Origin: Fibrobacteria bacterium
GTDB lineage: Bacteria > Fibrobacterota > Fibrobacteria > UBA11236 > JADFYW01
Assembly: GCA_050294405.1 (NCBI GenBank)
Contig: JBNKOC010000003.1
Span: 1 to 64,000, forward strand
DNA length: 64,000 bases
Direction: 5' to 3'
Made by a program: the position numbers and the translations under genes
The notes under the pieces: model-generated
What the model was told of the DNA's origin: nothing
Databases searched by the model: none
Seen by the model: only the letters and a program-made list of their open reading frames with translations
Shown: one piece after another, positions 9,632 to 18,397 of the stretch
Layout: each line of letters starts with the position of its first letter
Numbering within the stretch: position 1 is the stretch's first letter

Positions 9632-10729
9632 ATGAAAAAAGTAAAAATCGCATTAATGGCCGGTATTTTAACCGGAGGCTTGGCCTTTAGCCAGGACAAT
9701 ACATTAACTCCGGAAGAAATTGAGGCCGGTTGGGAATTGTTGTTTGACGGAACTGAAGCCAGTTTAGAAGACTGGACAGTTTGGGGAAGCGACAATGAAA
9801 ATAACAACAGAGATATTACCGCAGCCAGATGGGGCGTACAGAATGGTATGATGACCGTGGATAGAAACGGCTCTGATATTCGCACTGACCGAAAATACAG
9901 CGACTTTGTGGTAACCATGGATTACCAAACCGACGGCAATCAGGGCTTTATGTATAGGGCTTCTCTTTGCGGTTCTGATATTTGGTGGTCCGCCATTGAG
10001 GTGGCCATTGATAATAACACTACCGATATCGAATGGACTAAAACCCCCGGGGCTGCTTATTCTTTATACGAGCCTTCCACCAATAACTTTAAGGCTAATC
10101 AAATTAATAACCTTACCGTAATAGCCATTGAAGATTCAGTGGAACACTGGCACAACGGAGAAAAATTACTGGGTTTTAAATATTGGTCCGATGATTTTGA
10201 AAGCCAGTTTAATTTGTTTTGGCGTACTCGCGAAAACAATGACAAGCCCCTTTGTTTTGCCCGTCCTTATGAACCCGGTGGACAACCAGACCAAACAACC
10301 TACGCCAGCGAAGGCTACATTGGCCTGCAGGGCAACCACGGCGGCTATTGGCAAATCAAAAATTTTAAAATTTTGGAGAATCCTGTTGTTGGATGTATGA
10401 AACCCGGTTGGACAAACCATAATCCCTACGCCAACTTTGATTATTGGGGCACTGAAGATTGCGGAGACACTGTAATAGTAAGTTCTGTGGAAGATATGGC
10501 TGCCCAAAATTGGTATCAGGTTCAGCCCGGGAATAATAAGTTAACTGTTTCGTTGAATCATATTCAAAATGAAGTTGATGTATCTGTACACGATATTATG
10601 GGGCAACAGTTAGAAGAGGTTAAAAACGCCCAGGCTGGAAATTATTCTTTTAAATTAGAACAGGGAATTTACTTTATAAGGTTAAAGTCCCTATCCGAAG
10701 AAATAACCCAGCGGGTATTTATTCAATAA
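9632..10729 (+). CDS. DUF1080 (3-keto-disaccharide hydrolase-like) secreted protein with T9SS-like C-terminal domain
   Basis: NTLTPEEIEAGWELLFDG, VEHWHNG, GYIGLQGNHG..IKNFKI; GCM..NHNPYAN..C linker; tail VHDIMGQ...GIYFIRL. Confidence 0.85.
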   Translation: MKKVKIALMAGILTGGLAFSQDNTLTPEEIEAGWELLFDGTEASLEDWTVWGSDNENNNRDITAARWGVQNGMMTVDRNGSDIRTDRKYSDFVVTMDYQTDGNQGFMYRASLCGSDIWWSAIEVAIDNNTTDIEWTKTPGAAYSLYEPSTNNFKANQINNLTVIAIEDSVEHWHNGEKLLGFKYWSDDFESQFNLFWRTRENNDKPLCFARPYEPGGQPDQTTYASEGYIGLQGNHGGYWQIKNFKILENPVVGCMKPGWTNHNPYANFDYWGTEDCGDTVIVSSVEDMAAQNWYQVQPGNNKLTVSLNHIQNEVDVSVHDIMGQQLEEVKNAQAGNYSFKLEQGIYFIRLKSLSEEITQRVFIQ

Positions 10730-10746
10730 AAATTATAGTTGGAACT

Positions 10747-10774
10747 AAAAGCCCGGAAACATCCGGGCTTTTTT
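10747..10774. terminator. bidirectional intrinsic terminator
   Basis: AAAAGCCCGGA-aaca-TCCGGGCTTTT stem with T tracts on both strands, between convergent genes. Confidence 0.85.
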
Positions 10775-10788
10775 AATGCTAATTTTAC

Positions 10789-12729
10789 TTACTGGATGGG
10801 TTCTACGGTTAAGGTGGCTGTTTCGGAGCTTACTGTTCCTGCGGGATTGGTAACATCGCAACTAAATTGGCTTCCATCATCCGTTATGCTAGTTACTGAT
10901 ATTGTGTAACTTGAAAAAACTTCTCCTTGCAAAACTGAACCGTTGCGGCGCCATTGGTAAGTAAGGGATCCTCCAGTAGCCGCTATACTAAAGGCCGCTT
11001 GGGCTCCCTCATCCACAGTTAGGCTTCTTGGTTGAGTGATTATTACTGGTTTTGCGTCGATTCTTACGGTGGTTTCAGTGGAATTGATGGTTCCACGGGT
11101 ATTCGAAATTTTACAGTAATATTTGTCTCCATTATTTGCCATAGTCAGTTTCTGGGATGTATATCCTGGTTCTGTTTCCATAGTTAGCGCTTCTCCGTTT
11201 CTGTACCATCGGTATAAAATTGGGTTAGTTCCCACAGCACGTACGTAAAGCGCCATGATTCTATCTTGTAGTATGACAGTATCCTCCGGAATGTCTGTAA
11301 TTAAAATAGGGGGAGAGTGGACAACAAGATCCACTTCTTGGCTTACTACAGACCCTTCTGAATTGGACACAACCACCCGATACTTTTCTTCATCTTCCAA
11401 AGTGGTTTTTGAAATTACTAATTGAGAGTCATTTTCTCCTTCAATATCTTCTCTGTCTTTTTGCCACTGGTAAGTTAAATCTGTCCCAGTAGCTTTTACA
11501 AAAATTATGGCCTCTTCCCCTATTTCCACTTCGGTTTTAGCGGGTTGGATTTCAATTGAGGGAGCCACCGGGATTACAGCTATGTTAAGAATTGCCTCTA
11601 AACTGGTATCGCTGCCGGCGGCATTGCTTACTATGGCGCTATATTTGGATGAATTATCGTCCATTGTAGGGTTATCCAGGAACAAAGAGATGGAGTCTGC
11701 GCCTTCAATATTTTTCTTGTCTTTTTGCCATTGGATGTTGGTTATTTCCCCTGTGGCGGTAATACTAAAGCTAGCAGTTTCTCCAAGAGTAATATAAACA
11801 TCCTGGGGGTCTGATGTGATAACCGGAGGACTCGTCTTAATAGTATCTGGAGTTTGGTTTTCAGCCCTCACATGTAATACAGCGGTGGAAGAACTCAGCT
11901 TTTCAAACTCATTGTAAACTTCCACGTAAAATACTGAGCCGCTGTCCTCCAGAGAAACTGAATTAATTGTGAGATTGGGGACATCGTTATTGTTCACCGC
12001 GATGTTATTTTTATACCACTGGTAATTTACATCGCTTTGGTTGACTGATACGCTAAAACTGGCTTCTTCGCCGACTGTGGCTTGAACATCCTGAGGTTGT
12101 GAAAGAAACTCAATTTCAGTTATGGGAGGTTCTCCTCCCATAACTGAAACTAAAATACTATCTGAGATTCCTTCTGATGCAGCTTTGATATAACATTGGC
12201 CCGCTGCCACTTGGCTAACCACACCCTCGGAGGATACGCTGGCCACATTAGTATTGCTGCTGCTCCATTTTATGTTAGCGTTCCAACTTGAGGGAAAGGA
12301 GGCTATACTCAAAATTTTGGGGTCACCGGTTAAATCGAGAAAAGCTTGCCTTGGCGTGATTTCCAGCTTGCGTTCGATAATTAGGCTTCCACTGACAAAG
12401 CGATAGGGATATTCGGAAGTTGAAATGAGCAACCCCTCTTTGTTATATAGCTGGATAAACAAACTGAGATCTTCGGGAGTCAAATCTACAATCCACTCCC
12501 CATCCAATGCTGATCCTTCAAAAACAACTGTGCTGTCACCACTTTTTCCAATTACATATAGCCTCATGGTTTTTGCGGAATCAGAAAGAATGTCTTTGTT
12601 GGGAAGGACAACCTGAACCTTTACTTTATCACCATCTCCGTTGGATTGGAGGCAATGAAAAAAAGCAAAAGAGAGAGAAAGGACCAAAAAGACAGTCCAA
12701 AACCTTTTAGTATTAATATTTGAAATCAT
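10789..12729 (-). CDS. surface lipoprotein with Big_2-like domain and 5 Ig-like (I-set-like) repeats
   Basis: Likely start ATG 12729 (MISNINTK...FFHC lipoprotein-type Cys); WSSSNTNVASVSSEGVV Big_2 motif; 5 x [YI][QR]W[YQR][KR] Ig motifs. Confidence 0.8.
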   Translation of the reverse strand: MISNINTKRFWTVFLVLSLSFAFFHCLQSNGDGDKVKVQVVLPNKDILSDSAKTMRLYVIGKSGDSTVVFEGSALDGEWIVDLTPEDLSLFIQLYNKEGLLISTSEYPYRFVSGSLIIERKLEITPRQAFLDLTGDPKILSIASFPSSWNANIKWSSSNTNVASVSSEGVVSQVAAGQCYIKAASEGISDSILVSVMGGEPPITEIEFLSQPQDVQATVGEEASFSVSVNQSDVNYQWYKNNIAVNNNDVPNLTINSVSLEDSGSVFYVEVYNEFEKLSSSTAVLHVRAENQTPDTIKTSPPVITSDPQDVYITLGETASFSITATGEITNIQWQKDKKNIEGADSISLFLDNPTMDDNSSKYSAIVSNAAGSDTSLEAILNIAVIPVAPSIEIQPAKTEVEIGEEAIIFVKATGTDLTYQWQKDREDIEGENDSQLVISKTTLEDEEKYRVVVSNSEGSVVSQEVDLVVHSPPILITDIPEDTVILQDRIMALYVRAVGTNPILYRWYRNGEALTMETEPGYTSQKLTMANNGDKYYCKISNTRGTINSTETTVRIDAKPVIITQPRSLTVDEGAQAAFSIAATGGSLTYQWRRNGSVLQGEVFSSYTISVTSITDDGSQFSCDVTNPAGTVSSETATLTVEPIQ

Positions 12730-12760
12730 ATGCCTTGAGATAAAATTCCAGAGATTGTGA

Positions 12761-15700
12761 TTAATCCTTGGTGCACCGCACCGCACGTCTTTCACTGGAT
12801 GTTGAAACATTTGGGTTTAGATATGGGTAAATAGTCCTTAGTTCCATATTGCAAATGTTCCCGCTATTCCCAGCACAAAAGAAATAGGCGTTATCGGCAT
12901 CTCCATTGCTGGGCCCATTTGCATAGGCAGACCCGGTGTAATAACCTCCACGGCGGGCGGAAAAACCACTTTCATTGGTACCCACAACGCCTCCAATTGT
13001 AGCCCCTGCTTCAATTAACTTGGGTGCCGTACTTATGCTGCTCATTCCCCCTTGAGATTGGATAAGGTATAGATAATCATTATATGAAGCTAGCGACCAC
13101 CCGGAGGGACAGGCTGCCTTGGCCGCTGTCCAGTCATATAACCGCCCATAGGTTTCTGCCAATTTACAATAATCATCATAACATGAACTTATACCCACGT
13201 TTGCAATCCAATTCATATTTCTTTGGGTCCAGCACTCTCCATTAATAAGTACAGTGGGATAAAAAGTCTGGTCTCTTGGGTCTACCAGATCATCTCCGCA
13301 TCCCCATGTAGTTGCATTTGCCACATTTGAGGGACTTGCGTTTCCTGTGGAGTTGTAGGCCAAAATCTGATAGTAATATCTGTTACCATCGCCTACTCCT
13401 GTATTGGTATAGGCTTTTACATTTGCTCCAACGGTAGCTATTGTTTGAAAGCCACTGTTGGATTGAGTGCTGCGTTGGACGCGAAAACCAGATTCATTGG
13501 TTGAGTTGTCCGCCCAGGTTAATGCAATGGTCCCGTAGTCCGGACTAGTGGCTACAAGGTTGCTGGCAGGGCTTGGCAGCATATCCTGAACTGTTAAAAT
13601 AGCGGTAGAGGAGGTTACAGAGCCAGCAGCATTTGTGATTACAACCCGATAGGTAGATGCATCGTCATTTAGGCTAACCGAGGAAAGCGTAAGAGAGGTT
13701 CCTGTTTGTCCGGCCATGTTGCTGTTATTCTTTTGCCATTGATAACTAAGGGTTCCATCGCCGGTAGCCACTACTGTGAAACGTACCTGGTCACCAACAG
13801 TAGCGGTTTGGCTGGCTGGTTGGGTAATAATGGAGGGCTTAGCTATGACTGTAATTGCAGCAATACTTGAAAAGGCCTCACCGGCTGCATTGGAAACCCG
13901 GCAATAATATTCAGCTCCATTGTCGGCCGGGGTAAAGCTTGGGGTTCTGTAGGAAGCCGAAGTGGCTCCGCTTATGGCTCCGGCATTTTTATACCATTGG
14001 TATTGAAGTGGAGTGCTACCTGAGGCTGTTATTGCGAGAGTGATAGCCTGGCCTTCGTTTACTGTGGAGCTGGAAATATCGTTTGTAATTGTGGGGGGAA
14101 TAATAACAGTTAAGCTCGCAGCGTTGCTGTTTTCACTACCTTCGCTATTGCTAACCACAACGCGGTAACTTCCGGCATTAGTGGAAGAAACTCCCGAAAG
14201 GCTTAATTGGGAACTGGTGGCTCCCGTAATATTAGCTCCGTCTTTTTGCCATTGGAATTGAAGGTTGGTTCCTGTGGCCACCACGGAAAAGCTGGCATTT
14301 TCACCCTCGTTCACAGTAACATCTACTGGGTGGGTGCTTATGCTGGGAGGAATAATATTTTCATCCACTGTTAAAGTGACTTCCAGGCTAGTGGCAGAGC
14401 CTGCACTATTGGTTATTACGACCTTAAAAATGGCCCCGTCATCGCTGAGCTGTGTGGAGTTTATGGTATAACTGTCATTTGTGGCTCCTGGAATATTTAC
14501 CCCATCCCGTTGCCACTGGATAGTTGGGTTGGTACCTGTATATGCCACATTAAAAGTGGCCGGTTCCCCTTCGGTTACGGATACATTGGAAGGTTGCGTT
14601 GTAATTGCAGGAATGATAATTTCTTCTGCAACATTAAGAGTGGCTTCAGTACTGGAAACAGAGCCTTCAGAATTGCTTGCTGTGGCAGAAAACTTTGCCC
14701 CATCATCGCTCAAAGATGTAGGGTTGATAATTAAAGTTAAAGAAGTCTCCCCGGGTATATCCACACCGTCCCGCTTCCACTGCACACTGGGGCTAGTTCC
14801 GCTCACTGCCACTGTAAAACTTGCAGATTCGCCTTCGGTAACGGATATATTCGCGGGATTTTCTGTTATAGTTGGAGCGATTATATTTTCGGAAACAGTA
14901 AGAGTGGCCGCGGCACTTGTGGCGGAGCCAGCGGAATTAGTGGCAACAGCGCTGAAAGTGGCGCCATCATCTGATTGGGTAGTCACATCTATTGTTATGG
15001 TTTTGGAATTTGCGCCAGGAATGTCCACTCCATCCCTTTGCCACTTGATGCTGGGATTGGTTCCGGCGGTTGTGACTGTAAATGAGGCGGATTCTCCTTC
15101 TTTGACAGTTACATCCACAGGATCTGCCGTAATCTCCGGCGCAATTATTTGTTCACTTACAGTTAGGATAGCCTCTGTGCTGGTAACAGAGCCGACGGAA
15201 TTAGTAGCAATTGCGCGGAAGGCTGCGCCGTTGTCGAGCATGGTCGCTGCCGCAATAGAAAGGGTGTTTGAATTTTCGCCGGTTATATCCACACCATCCC
15301 GTTGCCATTGAATGCTTGCATTGGGGTCGCTTGCCAATACTGTAAATTGAGCGGGGCTGTTCAGGATAACCGAAACATCTTGAGGGTGGGTGATAATTTC
15401 AGGTGGAAGATCTGTGGTTCCGTTCGAAATTACAGATAAGGTTACCGGAACAGATTGCTCTGAGCCCAAGGAGTTACTAACTTCGACCATAATAACTGCT
15501 CCATTGTCAGATAACAATGCGCTGGGAATATTATAAACATTGGATTGGGCTCCAATAATGGATCCGCCATTTTTATACCATTGGTAAGTTGGGTTTGTGC
15601 CGGTGGCAATAACAAAAAAGTTAGCGGGTTCTCCTTCGCTAACATTAACATCAACTGGTTGAGTAACTATGACTACGGGATTTACGGATTCTACTACCAA

Positions 15701-16555
15701 TAAAACGGCAGAATTGCTGGTGATGGTCTGGGCTTGGCTGTTAATGACGCATTGGTATGCACCGCCGTTCATTTCCAATGTGGTGGCTGGGATGGTAAAA
15801 AGAGGGGAATTAGCCCCGGGTATATCTGCGCCATTTAATTGCCATTGATAAACTGGTGAATCCCCAGACGCCTCTACAGAAAAACTGGCAGGCTCTCCGG
15901 CAAGGACCTCTAAACCAACAGGTTGGTTTAGAATTTCAAGGGGGGTTACATTGGGAGAATTGTCTACCACAATCACCTCAATACTATCCATTACATTTTC
16001 CGATTCTACCTTGACCCAGCAATTGCCTCCGGAAACCGGCGTTACGACGCCCTGGGAGCTAACACTGGCTACTAATGGATTGCTAGTGCTCCATTGCATG
16101 GCAGGAGACCAACTGGAAGGAAAACTGGCAACACCCAATAACACAGGTTCGGAGCTTAATAATAGATTCAATTGGCGGGGGGTGATTTCAAGCTTGGATT
16201 GAATTTTAAAAGTATTGGCTGCATATCTGTAGGGATAGCTGCTGCTAATAAGAAGGGTTCCGTTTTCGTCGTAAAGTTCCACCAATAGAATAACATTTTC
16301 CGTTGGAAATTTTGTTTCCCAGGGGCCAGTTAAATTCGGGCCCTGGTAGAATAAAGTGGTATCGCCTTTTGCACTAATAACATACGCCTTGGTAGTTGCC
16401 GCGGACTCGGTAACAATATCCTTATTGGGTAAATCAATGCGCACTTTGACAGTGCCGTCTCCATTGTTTGAATTGATGCAAGAGTTTAATAATACTAACA
16501 TGAGGAGAGCTAAGCTCAAAACTCCCCATTGGAATTTTTTATTCTTCTTTTCCAT
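12761..16555 (-). CDS. large surface lipoprotein: Big_2, 9 Ig-like repeats, FN3, C-terminal FISUMP (Fib_succ_major) domain
   Basis: LLNSC lipobox; 9 Ig Trp motifs; FN3 LTWADNSTNESGF..YYYQILAYN; DPRDQTFYPTVLINGECWTQRNM..YGRLYDW..CPSGW..AVRCTKD FISUMP signature. Confidence 0.88.
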   Translation of the reverse strand: MEKKNKKFQWGVLSLALLMLVLLNSCINSNNGDGTVKVRIDLPNKDIVTESAATTKAYVISAKGDTTLFYQGPNLTGPWETKFPTENVILLVELYDENGTLLISSSYPYRYAANTFKIQSKLEITPRQLNLLLSSEPVLLGVASFPSSWSPAMQWSTSNPLVASVSSQGVVTPVSGGNCWVKVESENVMDSIEVIVVDNSPNVTPLEILNQPVGLEVLAGEPASFSVEASGDSPVYQWQLNGADIPGANSPLFTIPATTLEMNGGAYQCVINSQAQTITSNSAVLLVVESVNPVVIVTQPVDVNVSEGEPANFFVIATGTNPTYQWYKNGGSIIGAQSNVYNIPSALLSDNGAVIMVEVSNSLGSEQSVPVTLSVISNGTTDLPPEIITHPQDVSVILNSPAQFTVLASDPNASIQWQRDGVDITGENSNTLSIAAATMLDNGAAFRAIATNSVGSVTSTEAILTVSEQIIAPEITADPVDVTVKEGESASFTVTTAGTNPSIKWQRDGVDIPGANSKTITIDVTTQSDDGATFSAVATNSAGSATSAAATLTVSENIIAPTITENPANISVTEGESASFTVAVSGTSPSVQWKRDGVDIPGETSLTLIINPTSLSDDGAKFSATASNSEGSVSSTEATLNVAEEIIIPAITTQPSNVSVTEGEPATFNVAYTGTNPTIQWQRDGVNIPGATNDSYTINSTQLSDDGAIFKVVITNSAGSATSLEVTLTVDENIIPPSISTHPVDVTVNEGENASFSVVATGTNLQFQWQKDGANITGATSSQLSLSGVSSTNAGSYRVVVSNSEGSENSNAASLTVIIPPTITNDISSSTVNEGQAITLAITASGSTPLQYQWYKNAGAISGATSASYRTPSFTPADNGAEYYCRVSNAAGEAFSSIAAITVIAKPSIITQPASQTATVGDQVRFTVVATGDGTLSYQWQKNNSNMAGQTGTSLTLSSVSLNDDASTYRVVITNAAGSVTSSTAILTVQDMLPSPASNLVATSPDYGTIALTWADNSTNESGFRVQRSTQSNSGFQTIATVGANVKAYTNTGVGDGNRYYYQILAYNSTGNASPSNVANATTWGCGDDLVDPRDQTFYPTVLINGECWTQRNMNWIANVGISSCYDDYCKLAETYGRLYDWTAAKAACPSGWSLASYNDYLYLIQSQGGMSSISTAPKLIEAGATIGGVVGTNESGFSARRGGYYTGSAYANGPSNGDADNAYFFCAGNSGNICNMELRTIYPYLNPNVSTSSERRAVRCTKD

Positions 16556-16796
16556 TTTTACTTCTATGTTAAACGATTGAAATTGCCGATTGAATCAAAA
16601 AATAGTTAAAGATTTTATTAACTAAAGATTTCGTCGAACAAACGTTGTTGTCCTTTTAAAGATAAAAAAAATTAATAAAAATCAAATAGATGCAAAAATT
16701 ATTACACATACATTAAATTGCTAATGTTAATGAGAATAATATTTAAAACTTAACCGATATTCCCCCTTAAAAATTAGGCAAGGTCTTTTTGTTTTG

Positions 16797-16840
16797 AAAA
16801 GCTTCAGCCAATAAGGATTCAATCCAAAATTAGCTGAAGC
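16797..16840 (-). terminator. long hairpin, probable intrinsic terminator on the minus strand
   Basis: Minus strand GCTTCAGCTAAT...ATTGGCTGAAGC (12-bp stem, one G-U pair) plus inner GGATT/AATCC stem, followed by TTTT. Confidence 0.55.
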
Positions 16841-17062
16841 GTGATCAAGGCATCCATAGGAAAATTTTTTCTGGACAGAGGACAATGAAATGGGAGGGAA
16901 AGTACGGTAAGGTACCCCATGCCAAATACTCCGACGGACTGTGGATTATGTTTTTGTAAACGAATTAACAGCCACGACAGATAGAATCGGCCTATGGCAT
17001 TGCCCTAGGCTAAAAGTACCCAGTAATTCTGGGCTTGTCAAGCGAAGCTTTTTTAATTCTGT

Positions 17063-18145
17063 TTAATGCTTTTGAATGAGCAGTTGAGGCACGGCTTGGC
17101 TTTGCTGTCCCTTCAAATTTAAATAATTGCCTGTATTTCCTCCAAATCGGAGAAAGTATTCTCCAGGCCTATCTATTCCTTTATGCCTGTATTGAGAAAT
17201 GGCTACTGTGGGTAATGATATTACAGATTCTACAATCTCGATTAATTCTTCATTCCCGGCTTCCACCGATATTTCTGGAACACTCCGCAGGTACCATTTA
17301 ACCTCCCAGATTAATGAATCTCCTGGAGCAATTTCTGTATAAGGACCCTGATGTTCCAATTCAAAAAAATTGGAGGCGGTATAAATTTCAATTTCATTTT
17401 CGTTTGGAGCCTTCTGACTTTCAGGCGTGTCTTCAAATTTTTTTATAAGAAATTGGCCTTTTGAATTAACATGGGTTAGCCAACCATCGCTTGCATCTGC
17501 AAAAATTTTTCGGGTAGTTTGCGGGTCTGACCAGTCAAACCAAATGGCTCCAGACATTTCTGGGAGTTCGTTTGGAGTTTGGCCATCTCCTTTTAGCCAA
17601 AAACTAAGGCCTGTTTTGGGTATTCGAGTCACTTCCCAGGGACCCACATTAATGGCGGAGGCCTTTTCATTGATCATGGCATAGCGAATCAAAATGGATG
17701 TATCCGCATGGTTTCCAATGTAGGTCTTTCTAAATCGTAATCCGGTGGATTCATCAATACCGCTGGTGAGGACAACCGAATCTCCATCAATTCCGCCATT
17801 GTAGGGCTGGCTATCCAGGGCTCTTGGGGGAGGCCAGGGCCAATTTTGTGGACTGGGCCAAAAAGTAGAACCTCTTTGCTCCGTGGCACCTTCTGTAATG
17901 ATAAATTCTTCCCCATCCAGTTTTACGGAACTAATTCTTCCAGCTAGTTCAGGGTCAATTTCAATGCGCATGTTGTGGATTTCAAATACGATTTTCCCGT
18001 TTTCCAGGGTAGGGGGATTTGCCAAGATTTGCTGGGGAGATAGGGTTATGCCTGCATATAAGGTTATCCCTAAAAAACTACCGGGCAAAATGGCTTTTAC
18101 TGAAGCAAGATTTAATTTGAACAAGCTCGAAATGCGGGCATGCAT
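17063..18145 (-). CDS. DUF4380-like secreted protein (galactose mutarotase-like fold) with short C-terminal tail
   Basis: AGRISSVKLDG, GSTFWPSPQNWPWPPP, PWEVTR, EIEIY..ELEHQGPY motifs; tail YLNLKGQ. Confidence 0.7.
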   Translation of the reverse strand: MHARISSLFKLNLASVKAILPGSFLGITLYAGITLSPQQILANPPTLENGKIVFEIHNMRIEIDPELAGRISSVKLDGEEFIITEGATEQRGSTFWPSPQNWPWPPPRALDSQPYNGGIDGDSVVLTSGIDESTGLRFRKTYIGNHADTSILIRYAMINEKASAINVGPWEVTRIPKTGLSFWLKGDGQTPNELPEMSGAIWFDWSDPQTTRKIFADASDGWLTHVNSKGQFLIKKFEDTPESQKAPNENEIEIYTASNFFELEHQGPYTEIAPGDSLIWEVKWYLRSVPEISVEAGNEELIEIVESVISLPTVAISQYRHKGIDRPGEYFLRFGGNTGNYLNLKGQQSQAVPQLLIQKH

Positions 18146-18291
18146 ATTTTTGGAACCCCCTGATAGATAAAATCTGTTAATTCTGGACCCTTCCCCAGTC
18201 CATAATATAGAGAGATACCGAAAAAAGGCAATTCACTTTTGTGTAACTCCTTTAAAATTAAATGAGAGGTTTGGTCCAATTGGCGATTCTT

Positions 18292-18369
18292 GTTCTCAAA
18301 TGAGAACGTATTTAAATTAAAAATCATTAAAAATATTAAAAAAGGGGTAAATTAGTTCTCAAATAGAAT
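18292..18369. promoter_or_regulatory. paired palindromic operator candidates
   Basis: Perfect inverted repeat GTTCTCA-AA-TGAGAAC at 18292-18307; second imperfect copy GTTCTCAAATAGAAT at 18355-18369, in a divergent intergenic region. Confidence 0.5.
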
Positions 18370-18397
18370 TATTTATTTGTTTATATTTGAGGTCGGG

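Noticed and set aside
12761..13300. FISUMP C-terminus as a diversity-generating retroelement target
   Set aside because: No reverse transcriptase and no near-identical template repeat is visible in the window.
14265..15311. Long + strand ORFs (68 and 276 aa)
   Set aside because: Antisense shadows of the repetitive Ig-coding gene.
16885..16959. 24-aa ORF MKWEGKYGKVPHAKYSDGLWIMFL, and an overlapping 'RTVDYVFV' EEP-like fragment
   Set aside because: SD spacing is poor and the similarity is too short to support a gene or pseudogene call.
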